Positions 32,301 through 42,485 of a stretch of 44,542 bases of DNA are shown here, piece by piece. Under the pieces are notes generated by a model. It was not told where the DNA came from. It made no database searches and was given only the letters and a program-made list of their open reading frames with translations. The stretch is taken from NCBI GenBank assembly GCA_003427395.1, contig BFEA01000019.1, positions 3,665,378-3,709,919 of the forward strand, in the 5' to 3' direction. The DNA is from Chara braunii (taxonomy: Eukaryota; Plantae; Charophyceae). A program made the translations under genes and the position numbers. Positions within the stretch are counted from its first letter, which is position 1; each line of letters opens with the position of its first letter.

Positions 32301-35300
32301 GGCTGTGAAGGCAAGAAGTCTTCGTTGGGAGTCGGACGACACAGGCGCATTGCAGGTGAATTCGAAGAAAGCCGAGCAGCTCGGCAGGGAGCAATCTCTG
32401 CCATCCGTTACGAAAATCGACTCGCAGAAAGGAAGGGACTTCGATTCCAAGATTCGCAAGGACTTGAAGAAGGTGTTTGACATGAAAGGACAGGACCAAA
32501 TGTGGGTGAAAACAACACCATTGAGCAGCAGGGTAAAGATGCGAGAAGAGACGGGCATGGAGAATCAGCTATGGGATCATTCTTCAGGTAAGGCAACGGC
32601 AAACAAGGACGCGAAGTCGCCAAGGTTGCAGCAGGGTGAGAAGGAGGATCAAGCTTGGTTGGAGGTTGAGAGACATGAGCAGATGCGACGGGAGGCAGAG
32701 AAGAAAGCAGAGAAGCTGCGGGCGGAAATTGAAAAACGGATAGAAGAGCTGACGCTGGCGACAGAGAGAGAGCAGCAACTCTGGCTAGAAGTGGAGAGAG
32801 AGGAGCAGGTCCAGCTGGAATCGAAGCTAAGAGCGCAGCAGTTGCGCCTTGAGGCAGAAAGACGCCTGCAACAGGTGGCGCTTGACACGGAGATAGAGGA
32901 GAGGAGGCAGTTGGAGACCAAACAAAGGGCAGAGGAGCTACGGTTGGAGGCGGAGAGACGACTCGAGGAGATGACCCAAAACACTGAGAAAGAGGAGCAG
33001 ATGCAGCTGGAGGCAAAGAGAAGGGCAGAAGAACTGCGGATGGAGGCTGAGAAACGACTGGCGGAGCTGGCTGTGGAAGCAGAGCGAGAGCAGCAGAGGC
33101 AGTTGAAGGCTAAGAAAAGGGCACAGGAGCTACGGCTAGAGGCGGAGAGACGGCTGGAGCAAGTAGTTCTCGACGCGGAGAGAGAGGAGCAGGCCCAGTT
33201 GCATTTGAAGAGAAGAACAGAGGAGCTGCGTTTGCAGGCAGAAAGGAGGGCAGAGCAGCTGAAGCTTGATGCTGAAAGAGAGGGACAGCTGAGGTTGGAA
33301 GCGGAGAGGAGAGCAGAGGAGCTGGTGCAGGAGGCTGAGAGAGAAGAGCAAGCACGCGTAGAGGCTGAGAGGAGAGCAGAACAACTCCTACAGGAGGCAG
33401 AGAAGAGAGTTGAGCTTCTGTCAGAAGAGGTTAAGAAAGACGACAGGATGAAACTGGAGGCGGAGAGGAGAACAGAACAGTTCAGGACAGAGGCGCAGAG
33501 ACAGGAGCAACTGAGGAGAGAAGCTGAGAAGAGGGTAGAGCAGATGCGTCGGGAAGCTGAAGAGCAGGAGGTTGCGCGGTTGGAGGCGGAGAAGGCAGCA
33601 GAGGTGCTGCTGAAGGATGCAGAGAGGAGGGTCGAGATGTTGCAGCTTGCAGGTGCAAGAGACGAAAAGCTCCGTTTGGAGGCCGAGAAAAGACTGCAGC
33701 AGCTCAGATTGGAAGCATGCCAAAAGCAATACCTGCGCAGAGAAGCCGAGAGGAAAGTGGAGCATTTAGGAATCGCACTGGAAAGAGAAGAGCATGCATG
33801 GCTGCAGGTAGAGAGAGCCGGCAAGCAGTTGCTGTTCGAAGCAGAGAAGCGAGTGAATCAGCTGCACCTGGAGGCTGAAAGGGACAAGGAACTCCGGCTT
33901 GAGGCTGAGAGGAAAGCTGCACAGCTCAGGATGGAGGCAGACACAAGAGCGAAGGAGCTTCAGCGCACAGCGGAGAAAGAGGAGAAACTACGGAAAGAGG
34001 CAGAACAAAGAGTCGAGCAATTACGCGAGGAGGTTCAGCGTAGGTTTGAGATGCTGAGGCAGGAGGTAGAGAAACAGCAACAGCTTCAGGTCATTGCTGA
34101 ACAGAAAGCAGAGGAAATGCATCTGGAGGCTGAGAGAGCAAAGCAGTTACGGGAGGACGCAGAGAGCAGAGTCAAGGAGAGGCAGATGGCAGCACAACGA
34201 GAGAAGCAACAGCTGCTGGCAGCTGAGAGGGCCGAGCAGCAGCGACGGCAGGCTGAGATGGAGGAGGAGATGAAATTGGAAGCCAGCAGAAAGGAACAGA
34301 TGAGACTTGAGGCTCAGATGAGGACTGAGAAATTGCAGCTTGCTGCAGCAAGACGAGTAGAGCAGCTCCGTCTGGAAGCTGAAAGAGAGGAGCAGCTCTG
34401 GAAGCAGGCGGAGGAGCAAGCAGCTCAGCTTCAGCTTGAGGCAGAAAGGGGAAATCATCTTCGGCTAGAGGCCGAGAGGAGAGCAAACCAACTCAGAGAG
34501 ATGCGCCTCGAGGCCGAGAGGAAAGCTGAGGAGCTCAGGCTTGAGGCAGAGAGAGAGGATCAACTTTGTTTGGAAGCTGAGATGAGAGCTCAACAGTTCC
34601 GCACGGAGGCCGAGCAAAGAGCTAGGCAGCTGCGGCTCGACACGAAGAGGAAGCTTGAGCTCCAGCGCCTGGAGTCAGAGTTAGTGAACCAGATTAGGCT
34701 TGAGGCTGAGAAAGAGGACTCGATGAGGCTCGAGGTCCTTAGGATGACTGAACAGCTGCGCCTTGAGGCCGAAAGAGAAGAGGTCCTGCGCTTCAAGTTG
34801 GAGATGCAAGCTGAGAAGGCCCGAATGCAGTCCAAGCGGGAGGAGCGGGCTAGGCTGCAGGCCGATTTGAAGACAAAGCAGGTCCGCATGCAGGCAGAGA
34901 GAGAGAGGCGAGCGCAACTAGAGGCTGAGAAACTGGAAATGTTGCAGCAAGAGTCGGAGAGGGTTCAGCAGCTGCGGTTGGGCGTCAGCAGAAACAAGGA
35001 ACGGCGTACGCCGCCGCCTCTCAGGGAGAATAAAAAGTCAAAGTCCAGAAGAGAGGAGACACTTGAGTTGAGGGCAACGAGCGAGGAACGGCTCCATCGG
35101 CAGCGAGAGGCTGAGATACTGGATCAGTTTACGGCTAGGGTGGATGCAACAGAGGAGAACCAAAGTGTTAGGGTTGAGAGAGCTGAGCTGCTGCACCTAT
35201 TGCAGGAAAGTGCAAGAGGGAGATTATCAGGCACAAGGAAACCGGAACAGCTGGAGACGGAGTCCAAAGATGAGAAGCAGGCAAAGCTGGAGGGCAAGAG

Positions 35301-38133
35301 AGAGGGGCAGCTGGAGCTAGAGGAGGCTGAGATGGAGCATCTGCCATGGGAGACCGAGAGAGGCGAGGAGATTCTGCAAGATTCGACCAGGGAGTCACAG
35401 ATTTGGCTGGAGGTTTGGAAGGAGGAGGAGCTACTACTGAAGCCAATGAGAGAGGGCGAGCCAAGGCCAGATGCGACGAACGAGGAGAACATGCACCTAG
35501 AGGCAAAAAGTGCAGGTCACCTTTCCCCGGAGAGAGAAAAGGACGACCAGCTTTGCCTGAAGGGTGAGAAGAGGGAGCAAGCAAATATCATAATGGCGTG
35601 TGAGAGAGAATCGTGGAAGGGGGTGGAGGAAGTGAGAGAGGACCTGTTGTGTAGGTGGTTAGAGGAAGAGGAGGAGCTGCAGCTAGAGGAAGCGAGGGAA
35701 TGCATGCTGAGCCTAGAGGCACAAATGGAGGAGGGCCTTTGCCAGGAGGAAGGCAGAAACTACCTCTTGTTCGAGGAGGGAAAGGCAGCGGAGAGGTCGC
35801 AGAATCAGGCTGAGAGAGCACAAGTAAAGACCGGGATAAAGTGGATGACAGACGGCCTTCCGCACCACCAGGAACCGCACGCTGGGGATGATGTGCAGTC
35901 AGAGCAGTTGATGAGGTGTCAGGAGAAGCGGCATGGAGATGCTGATGGACGAACAAAAGCGCTAGGAGGAGAGACGCACAGCGAGCAGCGCGCGCCAAGC
36001 ACGGCAAGGAAGCAACAAGAGCAGCTGCCGACCCAAAGGGAGAGAGGTCAGGGGTGGCAGTCGCTAAGGAAACGGGACGGAGCTTTGCAGGCCTCGCAGG
36101 AGGATGGGGACGATAGGAGCAATGGTAAGAAGGGGAGAGAGAAAGGCAATGGGGGAAACAAAGAACAGCATTTGTTGTCAGATGGGCTGCGCCGGCTGGC
36201 AGAGGCAGAAGGAGAGCTGTGCCGTGAGGCGGGAATGGTAGAAGAAATGATAAGGTTGAAAAGGAACAGAGGGATGGAGGAGGAGGACGGAGCGTCACAC
36301 TCACACACCCTATACCCAGGGCAGCCTACGACAAGTACCGAGCAACCTCGCACAGATCCTCCTAAGGCCACGATGACGGCAAACGCAGGTCGCCAAAACA
36401 CCCTGGAGCTTACTAGACAGACGGAAGACTCGTCAGAACAGCGGGAGCGAGAACCAGGTCCTCAGAAGTCAAGTAAAGGGAAAGGAGATGTGTTGACGTC
36501 ACGACTATTTGGTGCAGCTAGGACACAGGGGAAGCCAGAAGGTGGTGTAGACATGCAATGGTCTTTCGAGGTTGGGGTATTGAGAGATGGGGGGGACACG
36601 GTTGAGGGTGTTCCCGGCACAGGAGTGCAACAGTTGCGAGCCACTGCAACATGCCGCGAGGCAGCTCGTCTGGGGGCTGGTGCCAATGAAGGTGAAGATC
36701 CTACCGTTCAAACACAGACATTGTCAGCAGCAGAGCGGCACCCCGAGGACGGCCGAGTTGAAGACGAAGCGCATGGCCTTCTCTGGAGGGAGATGCATGC
36801 AGCAGTCGACATCGCCACAGAGGCAAGACGTGTGGGGAAGGAGAGCTCCGACGAGGACGAGGGAACCTGTATACACGTGGAGAAGCCGGCAAGGAGACGT
36901 GAGCAACCTCATCTAAGAATTGAGAACGTGATGGAGGAAGCACAGCACCATACATGGCCTCTACTGCAGGGTTGCACCCCCCGACGGTCGGCGGCCCTTG
37001 ACTGGTCCGCTGCCGACCCGCCAACCGATCGGCTCGTTAATAAGAGAAAAGCAGACGACCTGTCACAAAGGCAAAGTGAAAAAGAACAGGGTCAGGATCA
37101 ATCAAGTGAAGCAAGAGGACCTACCTTGGATTCACAGAGGGTCGGCGCCGCCATCAGGAGGGAAAGCGACAAGCTCGGGAGAAACGGAGGCAGTGTTATC
37201 GACTTGGTGGGACAGACCGAGAGGAGGACGGAAGAGCTGCGCAGACAAAGGGAGAAAGAAGGAGAAGGTTGTCAGCAGCTGAGCAGACGGAAACGAGTCG
37301 AGTGGAAATCGGACTCAATCTGTAACTCGGATTTCAGGGGAAAAGCCCCAGAGAGACACCAAGAAGACGGTGTCGTTTCTGACATGGGTTGGATGTTCGA
37401 GTCCGGCATACTGAAAGATGACCACCAGACTGCAATTTCTGACAGACGAACAACAAGAACACCGCCACCGACAACAGCGACCGAGGAGCTCTCTCTTTTC
37501 GGGGACAGTACTGAGCAAGCCGGTCATCCTGTTGTTAGAGCGGAGAGTTCCTCCTGCCGGAGAGAGCATGATTCCAAGGCAGAAGCCCCAAAACGCGAAC
37601 ACGACAACGACATCTGCGAAGAAACAGAAGCAGCCATCGAACTTGAGACGGAACGCATCGCGGCGAACGCCAGCACAGCAGAGAAGGAACCATCGGCAAG
37701 CACCCGGCAAAACGCGGTTGATTTGTGTCCTGGGCAAGATGCCAACGTAGAGCAGGAGACGGAGAAAGATAAAGATGAAACAGAGACAGAGACAGAGAGG
37801 GACAATACAGTGGCAGCCGAAACGTTTTGGGGCGATGACGAATGGGCTAGTCGTTTGCTAGCAATGAAGCGGTTCAACTCCTGGCTGGATCACGAGCTCG
37901 GGAGTCAGTGGGAAGGATTCAATTTCTCGGATTTGGACCTCGTGGCCCTTCTCAACGAAATGTATAAGATTGTGGAGGACATGAAGCGCTCTCATTCCGA
38001 CTGGACGAACAATATGTTAGATGCGAGGAGAGATTGGATTACAAAGTGGGATTCCAACCAGGGTCTGGAAGAATTACTCAGAATGGTAGTAGCAGCTCAG
38101 AAGGCGGCAATTCCTCCTCCTGATCAAAGTTGA
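29386..38133 (+). CDS. Giant coding exon C (8.7 kb, 2,915 aa + stop): IQ2 completion, basic/helical segments, long charged helical rod, disordered region, Trp-rich C-terminal domain
   Basis: Pyrimidine tract CTTCTCTTCATCCAG|GCT at 29385/29386, in frame with ORF 29200..38133. Starts AVVRGYFVRK and stops at TGA 38131-38133. ORF residues before 29386 look intronic. Confidence 0.85.
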   Translation, partial: AVVRGYFVRKYSPRAVWFMGQIVRARARALEAERAMSIIASGGEEPVVDMVHQFESVEVRQRRRIRQAALARARMRSKSWREGSGRWSDLGSSSGSGRLWSGDGGESSSGELATATSITVDPRRSSGNAWGITDEFRDIGTDTEEKGSKGSKGGFKWKDKRLEQLQERIAKAEAGLAKARARKARVNASERRPWSVLAAIKEGKWSGRSADQHSRSVVKVSPGTEKSTELPPATVSPAKKMGWSSGPKVLSSGPQSVPRKSPEPSLTVADDEKKEKGSGSGRGRKNLGAKIDELYGKTLGRSWGKHKGQQQVVGSDVADTEGQPEDQRRQELEQAAEKEEESVRKLADLREAQKLASLRRDEDRTAARERKAARSAERRRDAEQAAERRREIQNLWEQRRKAEETLRRREEAEQLRGTEATSLTSLKARNSGRAEAVESGGAASELQKQLEKFSARRRRTELAEEERRKAEKSGELRALDMRIEMLEKEDGMKRAAAQAADLKRQFEMAEEARREAERAEAERSEAQMLTQGQKDVEKAAKLHSDLIRKELLRREREKAAEQSNELERTLAVIRDGVKALGRRRQPNSKMQNVSPLDDLRPKQDNAEKVDTKEEGSSEEPEDEVGRIARSAQTRSLTPAAGPSSVLAAVSHPGKEDEEGSFMLRNGEEKRAKPGKNVGRLFPESFAGDGGEQAHQSSDNQLQSGTERVQSEMEEMAVSELRSTQQKVLNRDEREKGDEEEVRISGDGNAPGTVVSGEPEMHVLEAQGERSIKRNADIRNPESVPVTKQVRSTTVAMRIAQLQKQATVQKSRTEEASSVHVPVGGPKREPTIEERKEKKGVVEALKPVASLKGAWQGTTHLVVAPQKPGELGVSMEKKAGEAPMPVSDLKEASQGEAHAAEATQKLVENEDLKMVKKLLQKVSKAVHMGGSKGGVASKMWQPPEKTEHRPSKVRVASALLDIGAQKADQLLLEAVKARSLRWESDDTGALQVNSKKAEQLGREQSLPSVTKIDSQKGRDFDSKIRKDLKKVFDMKGQDQMWVKTTPLSSRVKMREETGMENQLWDHSSGKATANKDAKSPRLQQGEKEDQAWLEVERHEQMRREAEKKAEKLRAEIEKRIEELTLATEREQQLWLEVEREEQVQLESKLRAQQLRLEAERRLQQVALDTEIEERRQLETKQRAEELRLEAERRLEEMTQNTEKEEQMQLEAKRRAEELRMEAEKRLAELAVEAEREQQRQLKAKKRAQELRLEAERRLEQVVLDAEREEQAQLHLKRRTEELRLQAERRAEQLKLDAEREGQLRLEAERRAEELVQEAEREEQARVEAERRAEQLLQEAEKRVELLSEEVKKDDRMKLEAERRTEQFRTEAQRQEQLRREAEKRVEQMRREAEEQEVARLEAEKAAEVLLKDAERRVEMLQLAGARDEKLRLEAEKRLQQLRLEACQKQYLRREAERKVEHLGIALEREEHAWLQVERAGKQLLFEAEKRVNQLHLEAERDKELRLEAERKAAQLRMEADTRAKELQRTAEKEEKLRKEAEQRVEQLREEVQRRFEMLRQEVEKQQQLQVIAEQKAEEMHLEAERAKQLREDAESRVKERQMAAQREKQQLLAAERAEQQRRQAEMEEEMKLEASRKEQMRLEAQMRTEKLQLAAARRVEQLRLEAEREEQLWKQAEEQAAQLQLEAERGNHLRLEAERRANQLREMRLEAERKAEELRLEAEREDQLCLEAEMRAQQFRTEAEQRARQLRLDTKRKLELQRLESELVNQIRLEAEKEDSMRLEVLRMTEQLRLEAEREEVLRFKLEMQAEKARMQSKREERARLQADLKTKQVRMQAERERRAQLEAEKLEMLQQESERVQQLRLGVSRNKERRTPPPLRENKKSKSRREETLELRATSEERLHRQREAEILDQFTARVDATEENQSVRVERAELLHLLQESARGRLSGTRKPEQLETESKDEKQAKLEGKREGQLELEEAEMEHLPWETERGEEILQDSTRESQIWLEVWKEEELLLKPMREGEPRPDATNEENMHLEAKSAGHLSPEREKDDQLCLKGEKREQANIIMACERESWKGVEEVREDLLCRWLEEEEELQLEEARECMLSLEAQMEEGLCQEEGRNYLLFEEGKAAERSQNQAERAQVKTGIKWMTDGLPHHQEPHAGDDVQSEQLMRCQEKRHGDADGRTKALGGETHSEQRAPSTARKQQEQLPTQRERGQGWQSLRKRDGALQASQEDGDDRSNGKKGREKGNGGNKEQHLLSDGLRRLAEAEGELCREAGMVEEMIRLKRNRGMEEEDGASHSHTLYPGQPTTSTEQPRTDPPKATMTANAGRQNTLELTRQTEDSSEQREREPGPQKSSKGKGDVLTSRLFGAARTQGKPEGGVDMQWSFEVGVLRDGGDTVEGVPGTGVQQLRATATCREAARLGAGANEGEDPTVQTQTLSAAERHPEDGRVEDEAHGLLWREMHAAVDIATEARRVGKESSDEDEGTCIHVEKPARRREQPHLRIENVMEEAQHHTWPLLQGCTPRRSAALDWSAADPPTDRLVNKRKADDLSQRQSEKEQGQDQSSEARGPTLDSQRVGAAIRRESDKLGRNGGSVIDLVGQTERRTEELRRQREKEGEGCQQLSRRKRVEWKSDSICNSDFRGKAPERHQEDGVVSDMGWMFESGILKDDHQTAISDRRTTRTPPPTTATEELSLFGDSTEQAGHPVVRAESSSCRREHDSKAEAPKREHDNDICEETEAAIELETERIAANASTAEKEPSASTRQNAVDLCPGQDANVEQETEKDKDETETETERDNTVAAETFWGDDEWASRLLAMKRFNSWLDHELGSQWEGFNFSDLDLVALLNEMYKIVEDMKRSHSDWTNNMLDARRDWITKWDSNQGLEELLRMVVAAQKAAIPPPDQS
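32640..34980 (+). repeat. Coding tandem repeat: L(R/Q)LEAERR(A/L)E(E/Q) units, 96-nt/32-aa super-repeat
   Basis: LRLEAERR-type starts at 32842, 32938, 33034, 33130 and 33226 (exact 96-nt spacing); degenerate 10/11-aa units continue to about 34980. Confidence 0.85.
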
Positions 38134-38485
38134 AGAATGGGGAATGAAGTTACGAGACAGCCGCCCCCGCTGAAACGAACGCGCTGATCTCCAAACACTA
38201 TTGAAGTGTATTTTGATTGCGCTCTTGTGTTTTACATACTGTGAGTTGTGGAAGTTGGTCTCAAACGGGGGGTTAGAAGCATACGCAGAAAAGCTGCAGC
38301 AGCTCAGAACGTGACAATTCCTCCTCCTCCTCCTCCTCCACCTCCTCCTCCTGGAGGTTGAAGAGTGCAGAATGCACATAATGGGTGTTCCAGAAGTGCA
38401 GCAGGACGTTTTCTGAAGAGGATTAATAATAGGCAGACACCACAGAACACATTGCAAAGTGTCCTGGTGAGCTCCTGAGGAGTGT

Positions 38486-38549
<64 letters not shown>

Positions 38550-39229
38550 TCCTGTTGATGCGCTATGCTGACGATGATGGAGATGGTCCATCGTGACCAT
38601 TCGACATGGTGATCAGGGTCACGACAGACAGACGGGGGAGAGAGAGAGAGAGAGGGAGGGAGCTCCAGAGGGAGGGAGGAAGCGAGAAAAGAGTTCAAAA
38701 CAGTATTGTGTTGTTATAAATACAACTCTTTTGCAGTGAGGAGATCTGCGCAGCGATGAGATGCCTGCAGGGACTCTCAGTTCAGTGCTTTTTTTTTTCT
38801 TTTTTTTTTTGTCATTTTGTGTGTGCAACTCTTGGCTGGGTTTAACTCGCTACAGCCGTAGGATTGTGTTGTGGATATAATGTTGTTTTTTGACCTTTTT
38901 TTTTTTTTTTTTTTTTTTTGCTGTGTTGTGGATATAATGTAAAGCTGATGCAGTTAAAAAAGCGAGGTCATGATGACAGACTGGCGAGGTCTAAAACTAG
39001 CACGATAGAGTGTCGATACGTGCTTTTTCTTTTTATGCTTTTGGGTTTGCTTTCATTTATTGGCTAGCTTACGCATTCATCGTCACACCTTCAGAATGGA
39101 CCAATCGTCAAGGAAATGAGATGCGATAGAACGATGGAAAATGCGGTAGCACCACATGTTTTAGGGGTGAGACCCTACGACTTTTCCTCGTCCCGGACTA
39201 CAATCATGGTACACACAATAATCCTCCTT

Positions 39230-39356
39230 CCATCTTCACCCGAATAACACGCCCGCCGCCCGGTCATTATAGCCGTATTTACTATTTACTATTTGGGCCA
39301 ACTGTCTGTCCAGATGCAGCCATAATGACCGGGCGTTCTGTTCGGGTTGAAGACGG
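39230..39356. mobile_element. MITE family 1 copy (diverged)
   Basis: CCATCTTCACCCGAATAA...CCCGGTCATTATAGCCGTAT...ATAATGACCGGGCGTTCTGTTCGGGTTGAAGACGG. Confidence 0.7.
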
Positions 39357-40209
39357 ACTCAGATTAGGGACGGACAAGGTTGAGGCAGGCAGGTTGGCAG
39401 ATTAGGGACCGGACCAACTTGTCTCCGCAAAGTATCGGTCATAGCCTCGTAGGAGGAGATAGGCTGGTGTGATGATGATTCCTTCATAACCTACATTCGT
39501 TAGCCGTTGCGCATACATATTCCAGTCTTGATACGTTGGACATTTGCTACCGACTCCAGCGAGTCTACGGCACTAATATTTTTCTATTTTATTTATTTGC
39601 AAGTGCGGTCTGTTAGCACCATTTGGCGTCGTTGACCGGCCCTGTTCATCGTCGACTTGTGGGAGCGTCGGAGCGATAGCAGAGAGGACCACCACCGAGC
39701 ATGACCCCCATTTGCGGAGCGCATCGTTGCCCACTGGCCAGCATCCACTTAAGGGCGTCGCCACACCACTCTTGAAATGTGAATAAAGACGAAGTTCTGG
39801 CGGCTGCATCTGGCCATGTTCTACTGGTAAGTTCACTCTTCTCATTTTGCACATTCGGGAGTGGTGTGGCTATCCCCTAAGTATGCGTTCCATAAATGCG
39901 AACGCATTCATAGACCCCGTAAGTATGTGTTCCATAAATGTGAATGCATTCATAGACCCCGTAACGACTGACTCAAAAGAGGAGAGTACGATCGATTTCA
40001 TGCTAAACGTATGCATATCGGTTTGCCGCTATGGTCATTATGCTAAACATAGCATATCGGTTGTCGCTATAGTCATGCTCTCTCCCCCTCGTGACACAAG
40101 GTCTCCCTTGTGCTTCTCTTCTGCTTCGAGATATCTACAGCTTGGACGTTTTCCAACGCGGCAGTAGAGCGCAACAAACAGATTCGGAGACTGATCCTGC
40201 CAGATCCTA

Positions 40210-40302
40210 CCGTCTTCACCCGAATAGAACATAATGTACGGGTTTTATGGCGGTATCTAGACTGAAAGTTGGCCCAAATGCGTTCTATTCAGTGGAAGAC
40301 GG
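40210..40302. mobile_element. MITE family 1 copy (internally rearranged)
   Basis: TA|CCGTCTTCACCCGAATAGAAC...GCGTTCTATTCAGTGGAAGACGG|TA. Confidence 0.75.
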
Positions 40303-40646
40303 TAGGCCGCCAGGGTTGTGCCTCCCTCTTGTTCGGCAGGCCAAGGAGGGCCCTGGGCCAAGGGATAGGGCCAAAATGAAAGACGAAATGTGGTTCCTCC
40401 AGAATGGGCCGCGGACTTCTAAGTGGTATGGGTTGTACCGCATGGGACTGGGACTAGCACACCGCAGAATGAACCAGAATAGATCAGGGAGGGGCGGAAA
40501 GGGGAGAGGGGGGGGGGGGGGGGAAGGAGAAGCAATCAATCCAAGGCAGGAAAAGATTCTTGGGGCAGATTTGTTGTCAGCAAAGTGCATCATAGTGTGT
40601 GCTTGGTGCAGATTTGCCCTTGCATGCCATAGGTTCAGAAGAGAAG

Positions 40647-40649
<3 letters not shown>

Positions 40650-40711
<62 letters not shown>

Positions 40712-40807
40712 CAATTGAGTGAAAGGGGAATAGAAGGTTAAGTTTGTGAAGGTATGCCTGGGCCCTGTTATCTTACCTGAATCAGTTTCAGGTTCAGGCT
40801 AGATAGG

Positions 40808-40851
<44 letters not shown>

Positions 40852-40920
40852 TAGACAGATAGACAGATAGATAGACAAACAGATAGATTGATGGACAGAT
40901 AAATTCAGATAGATTAGATA

Positions 40921-40974
<54 letters not shown>
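40650..40974. repeat. Cluster of (GA)n and (GATA/GACA)n microsatellites
   Basis: (GA)n at 40650-40708, (GATA)n at about 40800-40922, (GA)n at 40925-40974. Other runs: (GA)n at 38489-38545 and 42388-42458, (CT)n at 44333-44403, (GGAA)n at 41995-42040. Confidence 0.95.
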
Positions 40975-40977
<3 letters not shown>

Positions 40978-42418
40978 CTGAGATGTGGGTGGCATGCTGT
41001 GCTGTGTTTAGGTTTGAAGTCCAGAGATATTTACGTAATTTGTAGGCGTTGTTTTTCTTTTCGTGACTTGTTTCAAGTTTTTTTCTTTCGATGTTGTAGC
41101 TTGCTAGATCCAGTGGGGTGACTTGGCCATACCGTTGTGGGTTTTGAATCTATGGTGCCATCACAGAGGGGAAAGATGTACAGAGATATGACTCTCAGGT
41201 TTTGATTACCACGTTTCTTTGTTCTGCTTTTTTCCCCCACGTTTCTAGTCCACATTTTTATAACATTTTTAATTTTTTATAACATTTTTCATTATGGGTT
41301 CTTATATTTTTCGAGTCCTGCCGTTCATTGTATCTGGCAACCCTGGATTCTCAAGTCAGCAATGGCTTTGTCAGTCTTAGTTGGTTTCACACTTGGCTGG
41401 TTTTCCTTTTTTGGTTTTTCCCCCTCCAAAGTCCAAACAAACCGTCAAGGTCGTATTCGAAACTTTGCATTTTTTTGAATATGGCGTTAACGGCATTTTT
41501 TTTTTTTTTTGCCGCATTTATAATGACAAAGTACACACTGACACTTGGACTTTCCTGGATGTATCTACCTGCAACTCCAGTTCTCCATTTTGTGATTCCC
41601 CCCCTCTTTTCTTACTCTAAGAGTAAAGGGTTGTTTGCAGGATAGCTCTGTATGATCTACGTTGGTGGTTGAGAATCTTGAGATTGTCGTTCGTGTAGCC
41701 AGCTCTGAGCAAATCAGTCGGTGGGACACTTTACGCTTCTCCACAATCCACAATCCACAATCCAAGATAGAGTCCTCTGCTGGACCTTGCTGGTGAGATT
41801 AGGATATATCTTCAAAGTTCAGCGTCGGAGACGACGACTTGCCTTCGTCCATGTTCTAATCACGTGCATTGATCTTAAGATTAGATATTGTGAGCTAAAG
41901 ATGAATGTAATTTCAGACGAAAGAAAAAAAGGGGGGGGGGGGGGGGCTTCAAAAAAGAAACCCACATGTCAGAGTAATTAATTAAATAGAAATGAAGGAA
42001 GGAAGGAAGGAAGGAAGGAAGGAAGGAAGGAAGGAAGGAAGAAAGAAAGAAAGGAAAAAGTGACCCGCACGTCAGAACTCTGAATTAGGAAAAAGAGGAG
42101 AGTCTCAAATAGCGTTGTTGTTCGCTATACTAGGGCATTTAGGCACATGATATGATAACATTTTCAATGTCATTCATTATATAAAGTTTTATAAACTTGA
42201 AACTTTGGAAAAAAAAGATTAGAAAATCATCCATCAATACTCTCAATGGGGTACTAATTAATGTTTTGCTTGCTTTCTTGCAGCTTTTGCTTCTTTTTTT
42301 ATTGATGGACTGTAACTGTGTGGTGGTGTGCGTACCATCGGGGGACGGCTGGTGAGCTCACCTCACATTTTGCCATTAGCTGTGCACAGAGAGAGAGAGA
42401 GAGAGAGAGGGAGAAGGC

Positions 42419-42461
<43 letters not shown>

Positions 42462-42485
42462 AAAATGAAGTCGGTTTTTCTTCTG

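Noticed and set aside
9716-37877. Many minus-strand and alternative-frame ORFs (e.g. 32649..33824, 24297..25052, 9716..10456)
   Set aside because: S/L/F-rich shadows of the purine-rich coding strand with no independent coding signal.
39879-39963. 42-bp tandem duplication (also a ~37-bp duplication at about 43450-43520)
   Set aside because: Ordinary two-copy local duplications with no sign of function.
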